Source: Vitrella brassicaformis CCMP3155 (Eukaryota; Protista; Chromerida). Taken from it: a stretch of DNA of 64,000 nt. This document shows positions 48,797-58,622 of this stretch, one piece after another. Made by a program: the position numbers and the translations under genes. The notes beneath the pieces are model-generated. The model did no database searches and was not told the origin of the DNA. It saw nothing but the letters and a program-made list of their open reading frames with translations. The stretch is taken from contig CDMY01000252.1 of assembly GCA_001179505.1 (NCBI GenBank), positions 62,001 to 126,000 on the forward strand, in the 5' to 3' direction. Every line of letters begins with the position of its first letter. Position 1 is the stretch's first letter.

Positions 48797-51523
48797 TCAG
48801 TGAGTGGTGCCGAAGATGTGTGGGCAGTGTTTGAAATCGTTGTGTCGCTTCTTCTCCCAGTAGCTGCCCCTGAAGGCCCACGTGGCCTCCCCCGTGTACT
48901 TGTCCCTTGACCGCTGGAACCACAGCGGCGAGTAGTCCTGCTCCCCACGCGGCCGCTTCTTGGCCGCCTCACGCTGACGGTCCTCCAGTCTCGTCTTCTC
49001 ACTCGAGGCCTCGTCCAGCCGGCCCTCCTCGTAAGCACGCTGGTCGGGGCGGAATCGCGAGTCGGTCCGCGGCATGTGGGCACCGGCCTGTCGGTCGTAT
49101 TCGGGCGTGATCTCGTTGAGCTCCATCGCCATCTGGCTGTAGTTGAAGTACTGCTCGGCGTGGGCGGGCAGCGGTGTGGGCGACCACAGCACGCGACGAG
49201 TGGAGGGGTCTGACTGGATGGACTCCCAGTCGACCTCAGGGATGGGCATCGACCCCACGGGCGGCGGATGGTGGTGATATGAGTGCTGGCTCGACGACGA
49301 CCCCTTGCGGCCCCTCGCCCGCTTGGCGGCGGCTGAGCTGGGGTCCTGCGTGGCAGAGCCGTCCACCTGGCCGCTGGCCTCAGACATGAGCGAGGATGAA
49401 GTCGACCCACGCACATGGTGCTGCAGCAGCGGCTCCTGCTCGGGAGATGTGTGCTGGGGGTGTGGCGGGGTGGGGGTGGGGCGCGAGTTGCCGTCGCTTG
49501 GGATAGGTCCGGGGTCGCACCTCTCGGCCCAGACCTCAGCGCTCCAGCTGCCCCCGAGCAGCCAGTGTGTGCGGCCGTGCTTGTCCTGGACGACGCCCCG
49601 CAGCTGGTGCATCTTCTTGTCGAACCAGCCCTTGCGCAGCAGCTCGATGATGGCCACGTCGCCCGTGCTGTGGTTGGTCACGAGCACCGTGCCGTACCAC
49701 TCCACCCACAGACGGCCGAACAGGATGTTGTGCACCACCATGTGCGGCCGCGCCCACGTGAAGTGGTCGGCCTCGGCCACCCGTGGCAGCACGCAGTGGA
49801 TGCTGCCCGACGGGATGGCCTCCACCGACTTGCCGATGAAGCGGTTCTTGAGATGCACGTGGCCCCAGATTACAAAATCGTCACTCTCGGCATGATATGC
49901 AGACACCGGCGGGTGGTGACCAACCTGAATGCAGACACCATCACAGAACACACACATCCATGCGACCACATCCTGACCTCTCCGCCTCCCTCCCTCCCTC
50001 CCTCCCTCGCTGACCTGCTCAGCAATGAATCGGAACCCCCTGTGTGTGATCTCGTAGGTCTCTCCGAGCAGCGGGTTGAAGGGCTTGACGAACCGCCCCA
50101 CCGTCGAGGCGAATGGCGTCACCGAGAAGACCGCCATGTACACGAGCCGCTCCAGCGGGTCTGTGAGGCTGGCGGCCGTGCGCACCAGTGCCGTGTACTG
50201 CAGGTCCTCCGCGAGCCGCTGCAAAAAGCTGGTCGGCTCGTTGAAGAAGATGGGCATGGAGATGCGGCTGAGGTCCTTGCCGATGAACTCCTTCAGGATG
50301 TTCCACAGGCTCACCTTGATCTCCGCGCGTGGCACGGGCAGCCGTGTGCGCCGCTGGATGCCGCCCGCCGGCTGGGAGCCGTTGCTGACCACCGCTGCAG
50401 ATGAGCTGACGGTGCCATAGTCGGGCCGATAGACGAGCGGCGATGCGCCGGCAGCTGCTGCTGTCGACTCGTCGATAAGCTTTTCGGCAGCGTCGAAGAA
50501 GTCCTCATAGTCGTCCCATTCGCCCTCCTCTTCCTCCTCATCAGCATTAAGCACTCCTCCCTCCTTGGAGCCAAGTCGGGATGCCGCCCGCGCCAGCTGG
50601 TGGTTCTCCTTGCCGATGTGCAGGAAGGTGTTCTCCAGGGCCATGTGCCGCCGCGTCTCCTTCTTGGCCCACGCCTCGGCCTGCGAGAACTGCTGGTCGC
50701 TCAGGGCCTCGATGGTCCACAGGATGCTCTTCATCTGATCGAGGCACTCGGTGACCTGCTGCTGCGCCGCCTCGTCCTCGAGCTCGCCCACGATCCGTAT
50801 GGCCATCTCGTGGTGCTTGGCGTAGTCGTGCATCTTGTCGCGCAGGCGGGTGCGGGTCTCGCCCAGCTGCTCCACAAAAGTCAGCTGCGGCACCGTGCTG
50901 TTGTCGTCATCGGTGGCCTCGATCGACGGCGTGGGCGAGTAGTTGGGCAGCGAGCCGTCGGTGGTCCTTGCGGGCGGCTTGAGGGAGGCATTGTGCAGGC
51001 CGCCCTTGGCCTTGGTGAGGGCGTCCAGCCACCGCTCCTTGTCCTCCTTGCTCGCAGCCTTGAGCGTCACTCTGCCGCGGGGAGTGGCGATCTCGAAGCG
51101 ATGGGCGTCACCGTGGCAGAGCGACAAGCCGCACTCGCTGAGGGCGAAGCTGTCCCGCAGCGGCCCGCCCTTCTCGTGTGAGTACTTGAGCACCCCCAGC
51201 TCCACAGTGAAGTGCCGGGGCCGCCACGCCTTGACATAGTTGGTCCACTTCATGAGCTCCCCCTGGTGGAGGACGTAGGGGGTGACGGTGATGTTGCACG
51301 TCTCCGAGTGTCTGTCGAGCTCTGACATGTCGAAGTCGCACTCGCAGACCATGCACTGGATCAGCGGGGTCGCGGGCCTGCGGGACTGAGTGCTGCCCGT
51401 GTGTCCTCCGATGGTCGGCGAATGGACACCTGGAGATTGTGCTGAAGAGGACGCTGAGTGACTGTTGACTGCGCGGGGAAGAATAGGCAAGCCGACCTCT
51501 TCACCAGTACCTGGTGAGCGCAT
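48797..51523 (-). CDS. Oxysterol-binding protein-related protein (C2HC finger, PH, coiled coil, FFAT, ORD); one in-frame 90-nt intron 49925-50014
   Basis: PH QGELMKWTNYVKAWRPRHF; FFAT EDFFDAAE; ORD SLWNILKEFIGKDLSRISMPIFFNEPTSFLQRLAEDL, KPFNPLLGETYE, spliced EQVGHHPP, TDSRFRPDQRAYEEG. Confidence 0.96.
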   Translation of the reverse strand: MRSPGTGEEVGLPILPRAVNSHSASSSAQSPGVHSPTIGGHTGSTQSRRPATPLIQCMVCECDFDMSELDRHSETCNITVTPYVLHQGELMKWTNYVKAWRPRHFTVELGVLKYSHEKGGPLRDSFALSECGLSLCHGDAHRFEIATPRGRVTLKAASKEDKERWLDALTKAKGGLHNASLKPPARTTDGSLPNYSPTPSIEATDDDNSTVPQLTFVEQLGETRTRLRDKMHDYAKHHEMAIRIVGELEDEAAQQQVTECLDQMKSILWTIEALSDQQFSQAEAWAKKETRRHMALENTFLHIGKENHQLARAASRLGSKEGGVLNADEEEEEGEWDDYEDFFDAAEKLIDESTAAAAGASPLVYRPDYGTVSSSAAVVSNGSQPAGGIQRRTRLPVPRAEIKVSLWNILKEFIGKDLSRISMPIFFNEPTSFLQRLAEDLQYTALVRTAASLTDPLERLVYMAVFSVTPFASTVGRFVKPFNPLLGETYEITHRGFRFIAEQVSEGGREGGRRRGQDVVAWMCVFCDGVCIQVGHHPPVSAYHAESDDFVIWGHVHLKNRFIGKSVEAIPSGSIHCVLPRVAEADHFTWARPHMVVHNILFGRLWVEWYGTVLVTNHSTGDVAIIELLRKGWFDKKMHQLRGVVQDKHGRTHWLLGGSWSAEVWAERCDPGPIPSDGNSRPTPTPPHPQHTSPEQEPLLQHHVRGSTSSSLMSEASGQVDGSATQDPSSAAAKRARGRKGSSSSQHSYHHHPPPVGSMPIPEVDWESIQSDPSTRRVLWSPTPLPAHAEQYFNYSQMAMELNEITPEYDRQAGAHMPRTDSRFRPDQRAYEEGRLDEASSEKTRLEDRQREAAKKRPRGEQDYSPLWFQRSRDKYTGEATWAFRGSYWEKKRHNDFKHCPHIFGTTH

Positions 51524-51782
51524 AGGGACCTCCCCTTACCACCAGCAGTCTCGAGATCTCCGGGAGAACGCAAAATGAGGAGAGCGTCTGCAAGCTTAGC
51601 TTTGCTGTCCTTCAAGCTTCGGTGGAGAGCGAATGAGGAGAGATATCCACGTCCTCGTGTCTTCGATGAGGAAGCTGTGTGTGCAGATCTTCAGAATGCC
51701 CCGTTCAAGAAAGCTCACCACCCGTTGCAGGTCATCATTGACCCTGCCTGGTCCTGATCTCAAGACCTCTGCTGCAGCTCCA

Positions 51783-52468
51783 ATGGGCCAGAACGGCAGC
51801 TGTGACGGCTGCTGCGACGACAGCAGCAAGATCAACGTCATCTTCCGCGTGCAAGCCTCCGACTGCACCGAGAAAGGCGAAACACGTAAGCCACCAAGCG
51901 GACCTGCCACACTGCAGAGAAGTATTCTTCGTGTGTGTGTGTGACTCAGTCGCCATACTGGGCACCCGTGGCGTGCTTGGCGGGGGAGAGGTTGGCCAAG
52001 CGCTTCGGATGGAGGAGAGGAGGGACGGCGAGTGGGCGGCAATGGTCCGCCTCGACGCTGGTCCGGTCGAGTATATCTACGTCAATCTTGAGAAGGACGG
52101 CTCCGTCAAGTACGAGGCCGGCGGGAAGCCGGTGCGCCACTGCCGAAGGTTGATGATGGTGCCCGAAGGTCCGGGATTGCTCATCCAAGATGACATCATC
52201 GGAGAGGCGGACGGCCCACCGCCTGTGCGAATACAGGTGAGGAGGGAGGCACATGGAGGTTTTGGTCGTTCGCAGGTCTGGAAAATGGATGGATGTGCGC
52301 GTGTGTGGGGGGTTCGTTCAGCCACTCGTTGGCCGCCACAAGCCGAAAAAGGATCGGGGCACCCAGACGCCCCGGAAGCCACTCGAGTGGCTGATCTACC
52401 CGATAATGGAGGATTCGCCCGAGTATGTGACTCTTGTCCACGAGTTCTGGCCACACATGGGAGAGTAG
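51783..52468 (+). CDS. Small CBM20 (starch-binding fold) protein with an N-terminal myristoylation/palmitoylation-like motif, 3 exons
   Basis: MGQNGSCDGCC; VIFRVQASDCTEKGETLAILG..GVLG....ALRM....GEWAAMVRL..GPVEYIYV......VKYEAG. Confidence 0.75.
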
Positions 52469-53316
52469 ACAGTCAGCTGGGCTGGGCGGTCAGGGCGGCT
52501 CGGCAGGCTGGCCCGGCCCGCAGCGTCCGTCCCCAGAACACTGTGCATCAGTGTGTGTGTATTCCATTGCAATCATCGCCTCTGTTGTGCGTCCCTTTGT
52601 GCTGTGCTTGTACATATGCTGGTATGCTGGCCTTTTGTAAGTAACTGTGTGTCCGTCCGTCGTGGGGTGTGGTGTGGGGGAGTAGGGGGAGGGGGTAGCT
52701 CAGATGGTATGTATGGTCGCTTGCTTTAGTCGGTCAGCTAGCTCACCAGGAGAGGTGTGAGTAGTTTGTCTGGTGTGTGCAGATGGGTTGCTTGCCTGTT
52801 GGTTGGTTGGTCTGCCATGACAGACAGACGCAGGGCAGACGGCCAGCCAGCCAGTAGTGGCTGGATGGGACTGTCTATCTAGAGTGGCTGACCCTTTTTT
52901 TTGCTCTGCCCAATCAAGGAAGGATTGACGTGATGTGCTATGCTGTGCTGTGCAAGTGCGATCAAGCGTCAATCGGCCGACCTCACGTGTGAGTCACTGT
53001 GAAGGCGAAACGTAGAACTGTCAGCCCGCCCACTCTCACACCCACTCAGTTGTCGTGGATAGGATACCATCACACTCCCTCCCCGTGAGACCTAAAACTT
53101 GTGTAGCATGCATGTCACGATCGATGCACACTCACTGCTACGTATGTCAGTCACATCAGCCAGCCAGCCAGCGCAGAGAGGGGCAAACAGATCTCCTCGG
53201 GCAGGCAGGCAGAGACATGCACGCACACACGACAGACACCCATATGCACCACAAACACATTCGCTTGGTCGGTCGCTCCATATGAATCGCTTGACGCGAC
53301 GCAATAATATAATCAG

Positions 53317-54972
53317 TCACCTGGTATAGCCCTGTGTGTTGGTGCCAGCTGTGTCTGGGAAGACCTTGACGCCTCCCTCCCTGTACTCTGGGTTAAACCA
53401 CCGCCGCTGCTTGCCCTCCTCCTCGCTCAGCTTGCTCAGGCGCGCCATGTCATCGTCCGACAACTGAAAGCCAAACACCTGACAGACACATGCACAGCAT
53501 GCCACGGTCACCAACCAAGAGACAGACACGCACACACGTGTGTGTGAGGGGGCCGGGGCGCCATGGCATGGCGTGTGCGCGATGTGATTATACTCACTTT
53601 GGTGTTGTCGATGATGCGTGACGGCGTGACGCTCTTGGGGATGACGATGACGCCCCGCTGCAGGTGCCAACGGAGGCAAATCTGCACACACAGAGACAAG
53701 AGACGAGCAGAGGGTGGACACACACAGGGGAGCCGAGCCTCCCTCTGGGATCAGCTCACTCGAGTAGGTACCTGTGCGGGCGACTTGTTGTATTTGTTGC
53801 CGAGGTCGACGACGAGGGGGTCGGTGAGGCCCGAGATGTCGTTGTCGCGCACGTTGCCAAGGGGGCTGTACGCCACCATGTGAATGCCCTCAGACTGACA
53901 TACCGACCGACCGACACAAATGTAGACTGACTGACAGGTGGTGCCGCCTGTGTGTGTGTGAAGCAGTCTGTCTGGGGTGGTGTGGTGTGGTTGTGACCTT
54001 GAGGAAGTCCTTGAGTTGGTGCTGTGGCCTGAAGGGGTGGCACTCCACCTGATCCACCACAGGCGGGATGTCGCAGTTGTCCAAGATCAACTTGGCCTCC
54101 TGAGATGACACACACAAATCACACAAACACAGCCATCGCCACCCAGGCAGGCCCCTTCCTTCTCTGCCGGTCGGTCTCTCTGCCCTCGTCTGACCTCGAT
54201 GGAGAAGTTGCTCATGCCGAGTGTCTTGACGAGTCCCTCGTCGACCAGCTTCTCCATCGCACGCCATGTGTCGGTCAGCCCCACATCGGCCGCGCGGATG
54301 ACGCCGTTCTCGTCCTTGGGCCAGGGCTCCGTGGCGATGTCGCTGGGCACCATGGGGCAGGGCCAGTGGGGCAGGTACTGGTCGATGTACTCGAGACCCA
54401 GGTCATCCAACGTTTTTTGCAGCCCGGACTTGACATCCTCGGGGCGAAACTTGGTGCCTGGTGGACACACAGGAGAGAGAGAGCGGGTGATTTGTTGGTC
54501 CGTCTGTCTGTCTGCGTGCTTACACCACAGCTTGGAGGTGACCCAGAGCTTGTCGCGTGTGATCTTGCCGGCAGCGATTGCCTTTGCGATGCCGTCGCCC
54601 ACCTCGTGCTCGTTGCGATAGATGGCCGCGCAGTCCAGGTGGATGTACCCATTGCTCAGGGCACACTGCAGACCAACACAACACAACACAACACAGCGAG
54701 CGGCAAATCGACGCACCTCTCCTAGCTCTCTCTATCCCTCCCCTGTCCCGCTTGTTGATACCTCCACTGCCTGTGCGACTTCGTTGGGCTGTGCCCGCCA
54801 CGTGCCCAGGCCGAACCGAGGCATCCCGAGCGTCTTGCCAGCGCGCAAAGGCTGCAACCAGCACACACACGCACACAAGCATCTCTCTCAAGACACGTCG
54901 TTGGAGGCTTGGTGCCATTCTCTGGTGCACCACGCGGCTCTCAAGGTTGCACTCCGCCAGGTCGGCCGCCAT
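53317..54972 (-). CDS. Aldo-keto reductase (AKR1-like), ~8 exons; start approximate
   Basis: MPRFGLGTW, HLDCAAIY, LWVTSKLW, YLPHWP, GMSNF, DQVECHP, AYSPLG, VIPKSVTPSRI. Catalytic D/Y/K/H present. Confidence 0.95.
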
Positions 54973-55153
54973 GCTCTTCTCGCCTCCCATTGTTGTCGCA
55001 AGGATGCGGCAAAACTGACAACAGGCAAAACGTTCCTGATTGCACCCTCTGGCGCCGTTGGCTTGCCTCGGCCAATCCAACGGCCGCCAACGGGCGATCC
55101 TCGCCATTTCTAAGCGCGCAAGAAGGCGTTTGCCCGTGGCCTTGTCCGAGAAG

Positions 55154-56478
55154 ATGGACCCGCTGAAGTTTCGGATGGACTTCTTCTGTAAGCCAAGCAC
55201 ACGAACGAGACGGAAAAATCCCTCCTCACATCACCTACCTCTTCGGTGGTTTGTGTGCGTTGTGCAGCCCCCAAGGACAGTGATTCTTCACCATTGAACA
55301 GTTCAAACAGGCCGTGTAGGGCAGACACAAAGGAACGAACACACAGAGCACCGAGAGAACAGGGCTTATTTGGATGTGTTGTGTGTGTGTTTGTTGCGTG
55401 TGTGTTCATGCTCTGACAGGAACGCCAATATCGTGCCTCACGGCTCCCACTTGGCTGTCAAGATCAACGGGGGCCCGCTGGGAGTGCTCAATGCCTACCA
55501 CCACGGCCTCGTAGACATCAACGAGAGAGAAGTCATCCACTTCGCGTGCGTGAGCACAGACGAACGAGGAAGGATGACCATCCATCCACAATTTTCGCTC
55601 ACCGTTCTGCTGCCAGTGGTGACGGCCGGCAGTCGAAGCGGGTCGCTCGCATCTGTGTGTGGACGCTGGACAAGTTCCTCACCTCCTACGACACGCAGGG
55701 GCTGTACGTCATCCGCTACACGCCCCAGAAATTCACCGGAGAGGAAGTGGTCACGCGGGCCCGCTCTCAAGTCGGCGGCGGGAGGTACAACGTGGTCATG
55801 AACAAGTGCGAGCACTTCTGTACATGGTATGGTCAGCGAACGATTGAGCGGAGGGGAAAGAGGCAAGTGAGGATGCTGCCATTATCTGACTGTCTCTCTG
55901 TGTGTGTGTGTGTGTTGTGTGCAGGTGCCACACAGACGTGCAGGGGTCGTGTCAGATCGATGCTGCCCTCGTTGGCTTGTTTGCCTCCCACTTGGTGGGC
56001 GCCTTGCCCTACGTTAAGGTCCTACCTGCACCAGCGAGGCACGCTGTGGGCATGGCCGCAGGTGCGAATCGACAACCAGGGGACATCCATCAATCAGCCA
56101 ACACAGTACAGCTGGCCATGAATTGAATGAATGGCATTGATTGTGTGTTCATTTCATTCAGTTGCGGGGATGCGAGCAATGGCCAAGAAGGTGTACAAGA
56201 GGGACGTGGTGGACCCCAAGACCACCGACAGAGACAGAGGGGCCGTCGAGGGTGGGGGGCCAGAGGAGACCATGATACTCGAGGTAGAAGGGCCGACTGA
56301 GGATGAGGCATCATCAGCACCACCATCATCAGCGGGGGCTGACGAGGGCCCCAAGCGAGATGGGGATGGTCGGATAATCATCACGGAGAGGGAGCTCGTG
56401 AGGGGGCTGGAGGGCGAGGTTGTGATAGGCAGGAAAAACAAGGGCTTCTTGGCCAAGGCGCTGGGCAGGGGAAACTAA
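55154..56478 (+). CDS. LRAT/PLAAT (NlpC/P60, NC-domain) acyltransferase/phospholipase-like protein
   Basis: AYHHGL...VIHFA, EEVVTRARSQVGGGRYNVVMNKCEHFCTWC, followed by a hydrophobic segment. Confidence 0.85.
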
Positions 56479-57091
56479 CTGATGACTGATGGATGGATGT
56501 CATGGGTCGATCGGTGGATGGATACGTACGGGGATGCGACTGACTTGCACCGCACCGACGGCTATGTACAGTGAGTGGCTGGCAATGGATTGCTTGTCTA
56601 TGAAGTGGTCCAGACATAGTGTCTCACAGACATCGCTTTCACATCTAGAGAGACGGGTCAACCAACCGGCACAAAGGAAATGCACCAGAGTCCTCGACTC
56701 ATGGCGAAAGGCAGCTGAATCGCCTCAGAACCCTCAGAACGTCTAAAGAGCCAGTTTTGCCCCGAGCTCGTCGATGGACCCCACAGTTGTGTCTCGATCC
56801 AACGCGCTCTCATGACTGCAATCAACCAAACGATAGATAATGCATCGGTCTGGCGCAGGGCCCATCACAACGACACCCACACAGTGTGTCTCACGTGCCA
56901 GAAGTCACCAATCTATCTACACACACACACAGGAAGGAGACCTGTGCTTCAATCCGCCCCTCACCAATCGGCCCGCCAAGCCCCAATCATGACATACACA
57001 CACATTCTCTCTCACACGCACCACGCCATAAGACACTCCGGATCCTGGCAGATTTGCTGGCTCACTCACTACCTGCCAATCACTGCATGAT

Positions 57092-58117
57092 TTAAGATTC
57101 CCCCGCCCCGCCGGCGTGTTTGGGTGTTGTTGTCTGTCTGGTCTCTTTGTCTCCTTTAACGTCGCAGTAGAGCTCGTATGGGTCTGGCTCTTCCTCTTCC
57201 TCTGCAAACTCCCAGACGCCCAAGCGGTTGTCCGAGATGGCCTGCACGCCCAGCTCTTTGGCCATCTCATGCATGGCGTCCAGGTTGGACTCGTCCTCGA
57301 GGTCGATCCACAGGGGGTCACCGTAGCACCGCTGGACATGCGCATCTGAACACACACACACACGCGCAGAGGATGGATGTACTTGTGTCCGAGTGCGTTC
57401 GTTCGCTCGTTGTTCGGCGCTTTGCGTACAGTTTCCGTTGTCAATCTCACTCCACATGTCGAGGTAGAACTGTTCGAAGCCCCTGCCAAGAACACATACA
57501 CACACACATACGGTGAGCATGCGGTCGTCGGTCAGCACCTTCGGACCTTCCATCTTTGCAGCACTGCTGCCAGATCCGCTCAAGTGCCCTGGCCGAGACC
57601 TCGTAGCGACGGAAGGGCCGAGAGGCATAGATCTCTGCAAGCGCCTTAATTCTCCCGCGCCTGCTATTGGCCCTCGGGAGGCCTGCACACACACACATAC
57701 CGTCACACACAGGTCAGGAGACCTCTTCTCTGACGTACCAACGTCTTCCAATGCGCAATTCAGTATCGCCATGAAGGTGCCGCTGGAGTTGAGCTCCCCA
57801 TTATCTATCGTATTGTTGATGCATTTGCGCGCCCGCCGCTTATTCGCGGCATACGCCATCTCTCGCAGCCGGCGGGTTTCGCCAAATGCCGGCAGCTCGA
57901 TTCCCCGCAAGAAGCGGACCAGCCGATGCGCCCGAGTCGCCTCAAGCCGCGTCTTGTGCTCACAGCCATCAGCGGCAAAGGGTCGTCCCGTCCGGCTGCG
58001 CAGAGCGTCCACGCGCGCCGGGTGGACGAACGAGGGAAGGGAAGGCGAACAAATCGCGGGGTGAGGTCCAAGTTGGAGCAGCAGGACAAGACAACTAACG
58101 CCCAACACACGCTTCAT
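57092..58117 (-). CDS. Hypothetical protein with signal peptide, 4 exons
   Basis: MKRVLGVSCLVLLLQLG leader. Phase-1 introns give GLPRANSRRGRIKALAEIY..., RGFEQFYLDMWSEIDNGN and YAHVQRCYGDPLWIDLED. Confidence 0.6.
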   Translation of the reverse strand: MKRVLGVSCLVLLLQLGPHPAICSPSLPSFVHPARVDALRSRTGRPFAADGCEHKTRLEATRAHRLVRFLRGIELPAFGETRRLREMAYAANKRRARKCINNTIDNGELNSSGTFMAILNCALEDVGTSEKRSPDLCVTVCVCVQASRGPIAGAGELRRLQRSMPLGPSVATRSRPGHLSGSGSSAAKMEGPKVLTDDRMLTVCVCVCVLGRGFEQFYLDMWSEIDNGNCTQSAEQRANERTRTQVHPSSARVCVCSDAHVQRCYGDPLWIDLEDESNLDAMHEMAKELGVQAISDNRLGVWEFAEEEEEPDPYELYCDVKGDKETRQTTTPKHAGGAGES

Positions 58118-58424
58118 GAGTCTCTTGTTTCATCGTCTTGGGCGAAGACAGAACGGCGCGAGCACGGCTTTCCTGACCAGACGACAGACACAAACAGCGA
58201 TAGCAAGCAGTGCACCATGGATGTGCATTGTGCTGCTCCGCTGACCTCATGGCAGTCAGACGTCAGCGACAGGCGGTGCTTCTCAATCTGCGTAGGAGAT
58301 CTGCAACAAACAATGAATCAATCAGGTATCAATGGGCGATTTGTGAGTGCGCTTATCGTCCTGCGCACGTCACGCTGTCGATTTGTCATCCCTTCCCTCC
58401 CTGATCCCTTTCCCGGCTTGCAGC

Positions 58425-58433
58425 TGCGAGCTT
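58425..58433 (-). promoter_or_regulatory. AAGCTCGCA (reverse orientation) candidate promoter element
   Basis: TGCGAGCTT in the divergent spacer 58117(-)/58623(+). Confidence 0.5.
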
Positions 58434-58622
58434 GGAACGAAGAACTTTCTTCTCAGAACGAAGAAAGCAGAACGAGAAGCGGTTGAATAGCATCTGCTGA
58501 AAGTGTAAGGAGAGAGCACTGATGAAATGTACACAAAATTCTCAGAAAGCGCAGACTTTGTGGCTTGTTTGTTCGCTGTCATGCAGGGAATGGATGAGGT
58601 CATTGCCACGGTGGTTTGAGAG

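Noticed and set aside
49925-50014. 30-aa insertion splitting the OSBP signature in the 908-aa ORF
   Set aside because: It is a canonical GTCAG...TTCAG 90-nt intron with (GGGA)n that happens to be in frame and stop-free. Splicing restores EQVGHHPP.
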